A stretch of DNA of 63,972 nucleotides, the filler included, from Pseudogymnoascus verrucosus (Eukaryota): the NCBI GenBank assembly GCA_001662655.1. It is 5 parts of 5 records of this genome, joined end to end, with 100 filler letters (N's around TTAATTAATTAA, not from the genome) between each part and the next. Parts side by side here need not be neighbours in the genome. Positions count along the whole stretch, not along the records: positions 47,344 to 62,180 come from KV460303.1; 4 more parts are not named here. One strand, given 5' to 3'. This document shows positions 47,344 to 60,224 of this stretch, in pieces (the first letter of the stretch is position 1; the number at the start of each line of letters is the position of its first letter). The notes below the pieces were generated by a model. The model was not told the DNA's origin. It did not search any database and saw only the letters and a program-made list of their open reading frames with translations. Both the position numbers and the translations under genes were made by a program.

Positions 47344-47919
47344 AACCGTGTGTGAGTTGTTGTATGGGTTGCGTGGTGTAGAGGAGGAATTAAGACCGAG
47401 GAGCGACTGTAACGAGCCTTCGTGTAGGTTGCTAGGTAAGGTGTGGGCGCAAAGACTAGAATGCCCTTTGTTTGTCGAGAAGGCTGATGGTAGGCGGCCG
47501 TATGGGCAGTGGAAGTGGTCTGAATCCGTTTGCGCAAGGTCGCGTCTTTGTTGTGTGTGGCGATTAGTGGGCGAGGGTCCGTATTGGTATCGAATAGGGT
47601 CCGCGCGGTATGTGTGTCGTCGTAGAATTTCAATGTAAAGGGGAAATTCAGCGCTAACCCGATTTAGACGGCTTTGTTATAAGCCAGAATATGAATTCGA
47701 GCTTCGCCCACAACTTGTTGTTTTCTTCACAACGACGCTGACCCCCCCCTCCCGAGACTGGTAAGTGGCCCCTCCGATGGTATAGCTAGATACTAACAGG
47801 TTGTTTTTAGATATAAACACACAACGAACGATTCAGTAGGTGCTGGGACCGCGCTAGCGCGGTGGTGATAACTTGGGCTGGGCTGGGCTAATGGGAAATC
47901 GCAGATTTCCAATTTGAAG

Positions 47920-48676
47920 ATGCCGGTTCCCCCTCCTCCCGGCGCCCTCACTGTGGCTTTCCGCCAGCAGTGTATGCGCTGCGTGCGCGCTAAAGGGCGC
48001 AAGAAGGACGGAGATCCCGCCGTCTCGTGTGTGTAGAGCTTGGAAAGCTCCAAGTGTGAGCGCTACGTGGTCCAACACGCAACGTGTGTTCCAGTGGGTT
48101 CTCGTTTGGCTTTCGGCTTTGTGGTTTGTCTTGGCTGCCCGTCGCTGACCTCTAGAGATAGATCTCCTGGTTCGCTAGCCCGGAGTACCAGAAGCTCCTA
48201 GCTGCCGAGGCAGCAACCCCTCCCGTCCCTGCCGCCATTAAGGCCGCTGCGGCGGAGATTGGGCGTGTGGTCACATTAGCCACCGCCAATATGCCGAAGT
48301 TCCGCTCCCCGGCCGAGCTTTCGGCCTACATAGAGAGTTGCGCCCTCCGCGCCGCCGTCGAGGACAGTCTAGAGGTAAGTTTTCCGTTTCCCTTGTGTGT
48401 TTTTGGTTTTCGCGCTGACGACCGTAGCGGGTCCGCTAGGCCGTGGCCGTCGTGGGCTAGAAGTCGGCCCTGATCCTAGTGAACTAGGAGAAGGAGATCG
48501 CTGCCCTTGATGGGGTGGCTTCTGCGGTGGATGCGGTAGGGGAGTTGGTGGAGAGGATCCCCGACGCCCTCGCCGCGGCGACGAAGGTGGGCGGTAGTAG
48601 GCGGAAGAAGAGGAAGAGGGGGGCGGAGGAGGTAGAGGAGGTGGAGGAGGAGGGGGTGGCCGTCGACCTTAGGTGA
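47920..48676 (+). pseudogene. Spliced antisense gene in the Gypsy 3' region: Zn2Cys6-like Cys cluster, helical region and basic/acidic tail (~211 aa), RIP-damaged
   Basis: Exons 47920-48093, 48162-48374 and 48428-48676, all phase 0, with GT..GCTGAC..AG introns. Reads CMRC-x15-C-x8-CER[Y<C]-x6-C; four in-frame TAG stops. Confidence 0.7.
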
Positions 48677-48849
48677 TAGGCCCTGTGTCGGAGGGAACTC
48701 GGGCGTGGTCTTTCGCGTGGGGTCACTTCGACCCTTCGTCTCTTATGGTGGTAGCCGCTTGTTGCGACGCTAGTGAGACGTTTGGGAAGGGTGGCTTCCG
48801 CAAGGGCTACGGCTCTGAGGGTGCCCTAGCTTAGAGGGTGTTTAGTTTA

Positions 48850-51800
48850 GTGTCGTAGGTAGCAACGACGCTGTTTTCCTCTGCTTTGCCGTGCCTCTTG
48901 TGATCGTAGCTTGGTTTGCCTGTCTCCCATTCCGTGATCTAGCTAGGTAGGTCCTGCGGCGGTCCTAGCAGGTTTAGGTACTCCGCGTAGAACTCCTGGA
49001 TTTTGTAGGGGGAGTTCTTAAAGTTTAAGGCGGGGTACCATTCTGGGTCCGGATCGTATCCGACCTAGGATACCTAGTATTGAAGTTGTTTTCGCCGGAT
49101 CCTTACGGCGAGGATCTTTTCGACCTCCCACTCCTCTAGGCCGTCTACGACTTCGCTGCTTAGCTCAGGTACTGCTTAACCGGGCAGCGGGTTATTCGGA
49201 GCCTTGATGAGTACGTCTAGAGAGAAGACATCGTGTATTTAGGAACCCTTCGGCAGGTCTAATCGAAAGGCGTGTCTGATTTGTTCTAGTACCGTATAAG
49301 GTCCGACCCATTGTTGCCCCAACTTACAGCTAGGGCAGTGATTCCTCAGATTCCTAGTCGACAGGTAAACCTTGTCTCCTACGTTCCAGTCAATGGCTCG
49401 TCGGCGTCGATTCGCGTATTTAGACATATCCTCCTGTGCTTTGGTCATGTTCTCCTTTGCATAAGTCCATGCAGAGTGCATGCGGTTTGCTACTGCTTTG
49501 GCTTCCTTCTAGTTCATGACTTCCCTAGGGGTCGTGGCTTTCGGGGTTTCCCAGTCCTAACTAGTGCGCGGATCAGTCCCGTACTTGAGTCGGTAGGGGG
49601 TCATTCCGATCGAGGCGTGGGGAAGGGTCATTTGCACCCGATCCATAATGGGAATGAGCTCGCTCCAGTTGTCCTGATAATGTGATACGAAGGGCCTCAG
49701 TCTCTAATCGATATACCGATTCATGATTTCCGTCTACCCGTCGGTCTGCTTGTGATAGGCTGTCGACAGCTTAATCTTGACCCCTATGATTCAGTAGAAC
49801 TCTCGCCAGAAAGCTGATATAAATTAGGGTCCGCGATCACTAATGATCGACTCTAGGGTGTGTCCAAATCGATATATCCATTCGATGAATAGCTGCGCCA
49901 TTTAGCGGGCATCGGTGGTCTTATGACACGGTATGGACACCGAACCCTTACCGAGTCGGTCCATGAACACAAGGATGCTGTCAAATCCGTGTTTATCCTT
50001 TAGGAATTCCTTAAAGTCCATCGTTAGGTGTTACATGGGGTATTCGGGTACCGGTAGGGGGTGTAAGAAGCCTTGCTGCTTCGTCACGTTAGTGTGAGAA
50101 AGTCGGCACGTTACGCAGTTGCGCACATATCGGAGGCAATCCGCTTCCATTCCGACCCAATGATACTTCGGGGCGAGTAACTAATAAGTCTTCCTGCCAC
50201 TAGGGTGGGCTACTGATACTTGATCGTGTGCTTCCCGTATGAGTTTCGTACATAACTCGGTGTGCCGGTTTACGCACAGTCGACCCTTGTATAACAATAG
50301 TTGGTCCTTCATTGTAAACCCATTAGGTAGGGGGTCCTTCGCGCGAGTGTCGGTAAACGACCTCCTATTATCCGCGCAGAGCGCTTCTATTAGGTCAAAG
50401 GGGACCTAGGTGTTCGGGGCGTCCGTTGCATTAATCGAGGCCACGTACGTTTGTGCTAATTCGGCACTGATTCGGGGGTGTAGTCGGGCTGGGCCTAACA
50501 GCACCCTCGCACGGCTGTCGAGTTTGACCTTCTGTTGCGTAATCAGGTCTTGCTCTCTTCAGCTTAGTATATCTGCCTTCTAATTGTTCTTGCTAGCGGT
50601 ATACGTAATACAGAAGTTGAAGTCAGAGAGTAGCTCCATCCACCGAACCTGCTTCGCCGTGAGAACCTTCGTTGTCATGAAGTATTCCAGCGATCGGTGA
50701 TCGGTGTAAACGTCGATTCGGTGGCTTACCGATGCCAATTCTAGCCTCCATTTTGCGAACGCTTTCACGATGGCGAACAGTTCCTTATCGTGGATCTCCT
50801 AATTGATCTCGTGCCCAGATAGGACGTGACTGTAGAAGCTTACGGGATACCATCGCTTGTCTAGGTGTTCCTAAGAAAGAACACCGGCTACGACTCCGTC
50901 AGAGGAGTCTGTTTCCAGCTTTGTAGGTAATTCGGGGTTGAAGTGGTGGAGCGCCTGCACAGCTAAAAGCTGTCGGCGCATTTCTTCAAAAGCGTTCTCA
51001 CATTCGTCAGTCCACAGGAACGGTTCCGAGGGGCTGGTGATAGTGGTGAGAGGCTTGGCTATTTTCCCGAAATTTCTGATAAATTGGCGGTAGAAGCCGC
51101 AGAATCCAAGGTAAGACTTCACGCCTGTGACCGTTGTTAGTCGGATCCAATTCCAGAGGGGTTCGATCTTCTTGGGATCCGCTTCGACACCGGTAGTAGT
51201 CAGGATATAGCCTAAATACTTTGTCCGGGTTACGTTGAACTCGCATTTCTTAATGTCGGCTTGCAGTCCTGCTTCTCGAAGCCGTTAGAGGACCTTATGT
51301 ACGTGGTCCATGTGTTCCGCGGGGTCCTCGGAGTAGATTAGGATGTCGTCTAGGTAGGCAGTACAGAAGTCGTCTAAGTATTGCATAAGAACGTCGTTCA
51401 TATACCTCTAATAGGTTGCGGGGCCGTTCGTCAGACTAAACGGCAGCACTTTGCATTTGTAGGATCCATATCGAGTTCGGAAGGTCGTGTACTCTTCGGA
51501 GTCGGGGTCCATTCGTATACGATGGAAGGCTTGCCTAATGTCTAGCTTCGTGAAGATTTTTGCTTTCGACACCCGTCCTAGTAGTTCGTCGATACGCGGG
51601 ATAGGGTAGGGGTCGTTACGGGTAAGTCCGTTCAACTTCTAGTAGTCGATACAAAATCTCAGTTTGCCATCTGCCTTCTTCACGAACAGTATAGGGGAGG
51701 CAAACGGGCTATTACTATTAACTATAAAGCCCTTCTCGAGGTTCTCTAATAGGTATTGCTTAGTCGCCTTAAGCTCTTCAGTGCTTTGTCAGTATAGTGG

Positions 51801-52958
51801 CGAAAAGGCATTTGGTAAAGGGGCTTCTAGTTGTATCTTATGATCGTATATGCGATGCGGGGGAAGCTGATTAGATTCTGACTTCGAGAAGACATCGGAA
51901 TAGTTGCGGTGCGTATGCGGAAGCTTGTCCCGAATAAGGCGGAGCGTTTCTTCGTCCTCGGCCGCTTCCCTCTCCTAGATGATCTAGTCGATCTCGTAGA
52001 TGCTTGTCGTGAAGAACTTGGAGTCGCTTCGCATCATCTCATAGTGGAAAGCGTTTGCGCCAATCTCGCAAATTTAGACCGGCGTGAAGCTGCGTAACAG
52101 GGTCTGGCGTCGGGAGGGAGAGACAACTCCGCTCCTCCCATGGTTCTTTCTTTCATATGCAGATGGTCCGTTTCTTGGAGGTTTCGCCTCTACTTGTCCT
52201 AAGGGTCTGTCTTTATAGGTTTCCACGGGCGAGGCTCGTGTCCTTAGGGTTTTGGGGTGCGGGTGGGTCGTTCTATCGTCTCGCACCGTGCTTGGTGGGG
52301 TGACGATAATGGCGTCACAATGGGCCGTTATCACTTTCATTTGCATCGAGCGTCCGCCCTCACGTCGTCTGTCGTCATGGTCGATGGCATCATCCCGCCA
52401 GTTCGCATCCGATTGATAGGCGGGGTGACGTATAGACAGTTCACGCGAGTGGTAGGGCAAGGTGATCTCTTTGCTCTAGCTAGGAGTAGGCGGGTACTCC
52501 TTTAGCTATACTAGCCGGCTCTTTGTAGAGTCGAGTAGGATTCGGAAGCGGCTAAAAAGCTTCTTCCTAATTATCACATCTTGCGCTCCGAGATCTAGGA
52601 GCACAAAGGGGCAGTTATATATTCGGCGTCCTTCGACTGTCAAGTGTAACCGAATATACTCCGATACGTAGCTTTGGATATTTCGCTGAAATCCACGTAT
52701 AGGTATAGAGTAGGGCAGTTTCCGTATGGGGCTCTAAAGCGCTTTCGACAACCGTTGCGCGAAAGGCTTATTAATGACGAGGTAGCCATTTGCTCCTGTG
52801 TCTGCGAGTGACTTCGTTTGCACCCCGAGTCCGTTCATACTCAGGGTTGTATCCACGAGAAATTGGGAGCCTCCTAAGAGCTCTTGTAAGTCCAGTCCTT
52901 GCAGATCACATTTGCATAGACCTAGGAAGGAGCCTTTCCCTAGGCCTCGTCGTTTTCC
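48850..52958 (-). pseudogene. pol: Gypsy pol (protease, RT, RNase H, integrase, chromodomain)
   Basis: LADTGA (~52800), AYLDDIL (~51350), ETDSSD..AGVL, IHDKELFAIV, HHCC (AHD..AHP..CVTC), DRGP, EWEVEKIL...WYP chromodomain (~49140-48990). 3' end approximate. Confidence 0.92.
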
Positions 52959-54148
52959 TCTAGGGACGCATCCGACTAGTAGGCGACTGCTTCCTCCTAC
53001 TGCTCTTCGTCCTTAGGGGCTTCGCGATCAATCTCCTTAACGGTGGGGTTGAGCAGGCATTTGTCCTGGAAATGGCCCGGCTTGCTGCACTTGAAACAGT
53101 TCCTGGACGTAGCCGGCACGGCGGTCCGCACGCGGCCTATAATGTCCGGCTTAGGGGCCGTGGGCGTAAAGGGAGTCCTCTAGAAGGAAACTAGAGGGTT
53201 TCTTGTCTGCCTCAGTGGCTGGGCCTTTCCGGGGTCCACGGGCGTGAACCTAGATGAGCTTAGGCGGGCGGGTCCTTAGGAGCTTGACTTGCCGCTCTTA
53301 GACAGGAAGCTCAACTCGTTGTTCCGCCGCCGCTCCTAATTGAAGGCGGTGAGTTCTCGGACCATGGTGTGGTAGTCTCCCTTCCATTGACTTTTGATAA
53401 CCGCTACGCGGCTACGGAATTGAGGGGTCAACTTGTTCCACATGTACCGAAACCATTCCGACTCGGTGACCTGTCCTGTAATAGCTGCACTTTGGAAGCG
53501 AGCTTTGAACTCTAAGAAAGTCTCGTTTGTATGTCCTTTCTCTCCCATTTAGAGGTCGTCGAAGAGGTTCCGGGCCTGTTCCGTTTCGTTGCCAGTGAGG
53601 TAATATGAACCTAATAGGTCCATCATCTCGTCGGCACTCCGAAACCCGTGGGTCGCGGATAGGTATTGGGGTTCGAGGTATTTCTTTGCTAGGCCAGTCG
53701 TAGTCCCCCATATTAACGCTCTTCTCGAGACGTCAGTAGGGTAGTGATCCTCATTGACTACGAGGCGGTCCTGAATGGACGCGCTCCATTGCATAAAGGT
53801 ATGTTCTATCCCATCGCTGAGCGGCGTAATCTTCTCAGAGATAGTGGATTTCTTGTAGCGATTTAGAGGGTCTTCGGAATACATCCTCGGAATCGATGGA
53901 GAACGAGTGTTTCGAAGAGGCGGCAACTGAACTGTCTCGGGGGTGTTTCGCATAGGGGAAGTTCGTCGCTCCCCAACTTCGACGGTGTCCACCGGTGGCG
54001 TGGACGGTATTCTGGTCTAGGTTGCCGCTAGGTTGGCTATCATTTCCTTGATCTCTTGCATCTGGATCTCGAGGTTTGCCATTCGATCCAGTATGTCATC
54101 GGTAGGTGCAGCGGTCGTAGCTGCAGCGGTGGTTTGTCTCGTTAACAT
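52940..54148 (-). pseudogene. gag: Gypsy gag with CCHC zinc knuckle
   Basis: MLTRQTT... through CFKCSKPGHFQDKC (~53100-53066); interrupted by RIP-type stops. Confidence 0.85.
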
Positions 54149-54559
54149 TCGTGACGGTTGACCATCATTGTCTTAGGGGATGTTTAAGGTCATTTTCCTT
54201 ATATTGGTTCGGGGGTGTATCGGTGTCGATACGAAAGAGTTTGACTTCCGGTAGCTCGTAGCTATCAACACTCTTGTTCACAATTGCCTCTGTGCTTAAG
54301 GGGGTTCTTAAGGATCTCGTATCCTATTCGGCGCCAACGCGTCGGCGACTTTACCAGCTTGCTCTGCAGGATTAAACCCTAATCCACTGGTTGTCCGTGA
54401 GTTCTCTAGGGTCACGGCTATTTGAAGTTGTCAGGTCTCTACTTCGAAATGTCACTGAGTCGCGGTCGGTAGTGTTTCGACAGTTCTCCTAAGTCGTTCC
54501 AGTTGTGGGATATTATTTACGTACGGCCGTCCCCAGCAGGCGTGATCTTTTTTGTATAA

Positions 54560-54858
54560 TGTATGGACACAGGGCACCGTATCACGAGAAGTTGCATATG
54601 GGAGTGCGAGTCGGATAGAAGTCGGTGCAATCCTATAGGTCTACTACGAAGGATATAAAAAAGATGAAGGTGTAACCCTGTATGGCTGTTCCCTTAAAAT
54701 ACCCGAAGCCGCTCCGACTTAGCTAGCTCCCTGTTTGCCTAAGGCTTCCTTACGTTATGTGCCTAAGGCTGTCAGTCGCGACTGACCCGTAACGGCCCCG
54801 AGTCTCGATGGCGCCACGTGACGGCCGTAACTACCCCGAGTAAGGAGGCATCCTTACA
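54560..54858 (-). repeat. 5' LTR of the Gypsy element (~299 bp, TG...CA)
   Basis: Starts TGTATGGAC and ends CCTTACA on the + strand; ~110 bp is similar in reverse complement to the LTR at 60862-61201. Confidence 0.75.
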
Positions 54859-55550
54859 CTATTCCCTAGCTATATAGTCTTTAGACAGCTCTTTACTTCT
54901 AAGCTTATAACTACCTTTACAGTAGCAATAACTCCCATTATAAAACCTACTTCATTAAAGTTGTAGATGTCCTGCTCTAAGATTCTGTATTTTACAACTA
55001 TGTTTCGTACGAGAGAGAACTACTCTTGAATTATCTTTAGATCTTCGCATTTTGCACGTTTATAGTCGTACTTCTAACTAAACTTTGCTTTGATTTCCAT
55101 ACGACGCTTAATGAAGGTAGTAGTCTAGTTCTTTCTAACAGGACTCTTGCCTCGTTCGGAAAGTAGAAGGTCTGCCATTTCTTATACAGCTTATAGCCAG
55201 GGTAGAAATCCACGTAAATCTAGGTCGAGGATATACTAAACAAGAGCTGACTCTTTGTATAGAGTCAACTTCTATAAGCTAGGGGTAGAATTGCGTCAGG
55301 AAGGCATTCTATTCATTCTGTTACTAAGGGTTAACCGTGTTACATCGTACAATTCTGCAGCTTAGCGGACACTCTTTAAATGTCCATTTTTAATTGCTTA
55401 GATAGCCTTTAGTGTTCTATCCTCTTTATTAGAGTCTTAGGCTTGTGTTAGTCGCAGCATTGTCAATTGTAGTCTAGTCGACGCGTTTTGGTGTTTTTAG
55501 TGTTTTGGTGGCCAACTAGTCCGTGTGGCCAACTCATATGTGAAATACGT
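54859..55550 (-). mobile_element. Fot1/pogo-family DNA transposon, 5' part, RIP-mutated, interrupted by the Gypsy element
   Basis: TIR ACGTATTTCAC...TTGGCCAC ends at 55550 next to TA. Transposase from ATG 55460: SVR*AAELYDV, YILDLDLRGF, KYDYKRAKCED, DIYNFNEVGF (DIYNFDETGF-like). Confidence 0.88.
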
Positions 55551-55935
55551 TACCTTTTCCTAAAGGTACCTTTATTAACTAAGCTACTTATAATCTCTAT
55601 GTCTATTTCCTACTACTTATTAGCTATATGCTATTTTACCCTATTACTAGGTTATATAGCATATAGGTTATATGAATTTAAGTAAGTTACGTCTTTATAT
55701 AAATTACTATGTAATGGTACTTAAGCTTAATTAGTGGTCATAAACGCCATTCACTTTGCACATGCCGTTCGCTTAACTCAACTTGTGCAAAGTGTGGGTT
55801 GGTTCCGACGATTACGTACTCGGACAGTTAAAATTCGCCGAAGCCGAAGGCAACATCCTTCGTCAGTATTCTGTAATAAATATATCACCTTTCGAATCGA
55901 GTTTGTTCGGCCCCATTTTCACGCTGTTACACGTG

Positions 55936-58071
55936 ATGAATGACATTGATACGACATTGACCGGCGATGTACGGGACTCGGCATTATCTTTAGACCCTCA
56001 GACATCAGGACAGAAGCCAAAGACAAGGTCTTGTCAGCTATGCCACCAGCGGAAAATTCGCTGTGACAAAACCTTGCCATGTTCCAATTGTGTACGTGGA
56101 CATACATCTTGCCATTATCCTGGGAATGAGCGCAAAGCTCGGCGCCCGCACAAGACTACCATCACTGATGTCGCGTCGCGGGTAACAAAACTCGAGCGTG
56201 TTATTGCTGCTATGTCGAACCATCACGGCATTGCTACGGAAGCTGCAGCGACAACTGAAGGTCAGGCATTTCATACTCATGATGGAGCTGGTATCTCCCG
56301 GTGTAGCGAAGTGACTATAGCTAATCATCCTGAGACGCGCGAGAAAAGAGAAAGCTCTACTGAAGAACTACTTGTGCAGGATGGTGAATCAAGTTGTTAC
56401 GTAAATGAAGTTTTGCTGTCACGGGTTTTAGACGAAGTGAAAATCATCCAGCTATTTTATATATTCGGGTTGCGCTAACATAATATTAGGAACGAGCACT
56501 TCAGTCTACTATAGGAACTCTAAAGGAAGACATAACGGGGCCATCTAATACTGTTGACTTAATAGACATTGGAATGCCATTCTCGCATTTTAAAAAGCCG
56601 GCACTAGGTGATAAAATTCGACTTCCATCTCGCCGGTACGCAATACAACTATGGAGGACATACATTGAAAACGTTGACCCTATGGGGAAAATCTTGCACA
56701 TTCCAACTATGGAAGCTGCTTTGTTTGGAGCCGCCAACAACGCCGCAGATGTTGATAGTGATCTGAGTGCTCTTTTGTTTTCAATCTATTTTGCTGCCAC
56801 AACAAGTCTTGAATCAAGTGTTGTTGCAAGAATCTATAGCGATGAGAAAGGTTGTTTGCTTTCTAGGTTTAAAGAGGGCCTAGAGCAATGTCTCGCAGGT
56901 TCCAACTTCTTAGCTCATCCCACTATGAAGTCTCTCCAAGCTATGGCAATATATCTCGTAAGTATCGCATTTTCAAACATCCCGAACCAATATGTTAACG
57001 GATAATGTATAGAGATCTCTCCGCGCCTATGACTTAGGACGGTCGTCTTGGACTCTGTTCGGGTTAGCAATGCGCTCAGCTCAATCAGTAGGGCTGCACA
57101 GAGATGGATCAAACTTCAAGCTGCCACCCTTTGAGACCGAGATGCGAAGGCGGCTATGGTGGTTTTTGTGGTCTATTGAGGCTCGAGAAGCAGAAGATCA
57201 TGGTATTTCAGTCTCTGATTACATGATCGATTTGTCTGGAACACGGTTCCCTTCAAATCTCGATGATGGCGACCTATACCCTGGTATGACAGAACTGCCT
57301 GCTTCAAAACCCACATGGACAGCCATGACATTTTCCCTAGCCACATGGGAGACATCTCTCCTGATCTACCGAACCATGTCATCATCCAGCTCTGGCAGTT
57401 CACACATGTTATCTCGAGAACAGCTTTTGCGGGACCATTTGACACACCTAGAGGAAGCCTACCTGAAGCATTGTAACCCAGATATCCCAGTCCAACGCGC
57501 AGCTATTCTGATGGGCAGGCTTCTGTCAGCCAAAGCCAGCTTCATCACTCAGCAACAAGAATTGAAACGCATCTTCGATCCAGCCCAGCCCGCCTCTACC
57601 GCAACAGAAGAATCCCTTATCACAGCTTGTCAGATTCTGGAGATGAATATACAATTGCAGACAGAAGAGATATTGAGAGATTTTCAGTGGGTTTTCGTTA
57701 CCTACACTCAGTATCACCCACTATTATATGTCCTTTGGCATCTCTATATAAAGCCTACAGGTCCTAATGTGGACCGCGCATGGGCTACTGTTTTGCAAGC
57801 CTTCGAGATTGCTAGCCGCCGTGAGTCTTCTGCTGAAGGCGGGTCGAAATGGTCAATGGTGCAAATTTTGAAACAAAAGGCATGCAGACGCACGCAGGAG
57901 TCTGCTGAACAACAACTGACCGTTGCTGGATCAGGCAGGTGCGTGGCCTCGTCAACTCCCAGTGCACTTGATGATATCCAGAATCCTAGCCTTTGGGACA
58001 TGGATACTATGGACATTTCGGATTGGAACAATCTTACGGATAATTTCAACGTATATGATTTCGAGGGTTGA
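55936..58071 (+). CDS. Zn(II)2Cys6 transcription factor with fungal-specific TF domain, 3 exons
   Basis: SCQLCHQRKIRCDKTLPCSNCVRGHTSC; NVDPMGKILHIPT; AQSVGLHRDG..FETEMRRRLWW. Exons 55936-56436, 56490-56957 and 57013-58071 in frame. Confidence 0.93.
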
Positions 58072-58492
58072 GAAGATACGAATCCATGATACTCCACAAT
58101 GTAGCCATTCTATCAAGAAATGTATTCAAAGTGAAATTTAAATAGGCAAGTTCCATGTCGGACGTGCCTGACCCTTGACATATGTTTCTACTATACTACA
58201 TCCGTTCGCCATTAACCGAAAAGAAGCGCATTCTTGCCCACCAACCGAAGCGTCTGCCATTTATAACTACAACTGCTAGCTCAAAGACGGTTCTAGAGAA
58301 AAGTCTCCGATACGATAGAAAAGTATTATGAAATCCGTCTAATCTTATTAAGCAGTCTCTAAGATCTCATACCTTTATACAAACAACAAATAGCAGACCA
58401 CGCTTCTAACCGAAAAATAAAGCACAATGAAATTCCTTGCCAATAGGAGTAAGTCCATTCTCTTCCCACACTTGACTCTAACAAATGAAAGC

Positions 58493-60064
58493 TTAAAACT
58501 TGGCAACAAGTTTGAACCCTGTCTCATAAAGCCTCGCCGCGAGCACCACTGTCGTTCCCACCATCACAAATACTCCAGCGAAGATCTTCATCCCCAAAAA
58601 GTCCCCATTTTCCTTCGCCAGTATTGCCCCCGCCATTGGCCCTGTTGTCAGCCCTCCCACCGAAAGCGCCAGGAACATTAACCCCGTCCGAAAGCCAATC
58701 TCCCTCGGCGGTGAGATCTCTGCGATCAGCCCCGGCACCAGCGAGACGTAAGCTCCAGAAGAGAAGCCGAAAAGCACAGCGAAGGCGACGATCGCTGCGT
58801 TAGTAGTACCGGGAACCCAGAGTGCGAGGAGGAAGATACCGGTGGCATAGCAGACGACGATGAAGGTGTTGTAGACACCTACTTTGACGGCCATGATGCC
58901 AGAGACGGCACGGCCGAAGAGACTATGTTTGTTAACTAATCTCTGCTCAAGGGAGTTAGGGGTTTGGCTTACCTGCCCGCGTTCAGGATAGGGATAAGAT
59001 ACTGCGCTAGTTCGGCGGACATTCCACTCGCGGTTGCTTCAACGACGAGGTAGGTGACAGGAATGAAGATGCCGAAGGTAAGAAGGGCAGTTCCGGCAGT
59101 TACGAGTAGCATCATAGGTTCCTTAAAGGGGCGCATGAGCTCATCTTTGGTGGGACTGTGGGGGTGTGGAGGAAGGCGAGACCTGGTGGTGAGGTTGGCC
59201 ACAATGAGCAGGCCAAGGATTAGGAATCCAGAGATACGCATTGCCCAACCGTAGCCGACTTCTTTGATTAGACGGTTGACCATGATAGGGAAAATGACGC
59301 CGCCAAGACTAGAGCCGGTTGAGAGGGCACCATAGGCTGCTCCTCTCTTTTTGCTAAACCAACCGCCTACACAGCTGAGGGCTAGAAGGTGTCAGTATAT
59401 TCTTCCGAAGCTTTCTGACACGACTGACCAGGTTGGAATATACACGCTACACCAATAGCGCTACAGACTCCTTGTGAAAGCATGACCTGATAGTACTCTG
59501 AAGAAATCGATGCCATCATGACGCCAAAGACGTGAAGAAAACTCCCAAAGAGAATTATGTTGCGTGGCCCGTAGTGATCGTGTGTCATGCCAACGATTGG
59601 TCCCTAGATTCTTTTCAGCTTGTATTCTATGACCGAAGTCTCGTGTATTTACCATAGCGAACATGAAGAAGATCTGCATAGATGGAATCCATGCTATCGT
59701 ACTTGCCGAGTACTGCTTTAAAAGTTCGCGCTCGTAGTAATCCTGGAAGGTGCCGACGCCTTGAGATTTACTATCAACATAAGGTAAGATGGTTGAGTTT
59801 CGGAAATAGAGACTGACTGTTGATCCAGCCAAAAGTGCAGAACGAGATGCACCATGCACCGAGAACTGTCAGCCATGCTGCAGCGCCCCCATCTGGAGCG
59901 TCGCCAAAAGTCACGGTGGTTGGAGGAGCCTCAGCTTTCTCGTAGTCGTTCTCGTTGCTCGTGGAAGCCGAGGGGGGTGGGCTTGCATGCTGATTTGCTG
60001 CTAGGGTTCTAGTATCGCTGTATGGAGGCTTGTCAACTCGACTCATTGGACCAGACGAAGACAT
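58493..60064 (-). CDS. MFS transporter, monocarboxylate porter (Mch-like) family, multi-exon
   Basis: APDGGAAAWLTVLGAW, FGWINSVGTFQDYY, IAWIPS, WFSKKRGAAYG, VGYGWAMRI, ILNAGSLFGR, EIGFRTG. Start at ATG 60064 or 60046. Confidence 0.92.
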
Positions 60065-60202
60065 TTTTGGTTGAAAGGAAGGCGTCGGAAATATCACAAT
60101 GCGACGATGCGAACTAGAACTCAGCTGGCTCCTCAGTGATGCCTGGTATCAATTGTTGAAGAGCGTAGGATCGCTCTTTTTATCTGGGAGATGTGGTTTT
60201 CA

Positions 60203-60224
60203 TCGGCGATACAATATTCGCCGA
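60203..60224. promoter_or_regulatory. Inverted repeat TCGGCGA-N8-TCGCCGA (CGG-N14-CCG), candidate Zn2Cys6 binding site
   Basis: Perfect 7-bp arms about 140 bp upstream of the MFS start codon; function is inferred. Confidence 0.4.

Larger units (their letters stand above)
47344..54858 (-). mobile_element. Ty3/Gypsy chromoviral LTR retrotransposon, RIP-mutated; 3' LTR not in this contig
   Basis: 5' LTR, gag with CCHC knuckle, then PR-RT-RH-IN-chromodomain order; numerous TAG/TAA stops. Left boundary is inferred. Confidence 0.92.
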
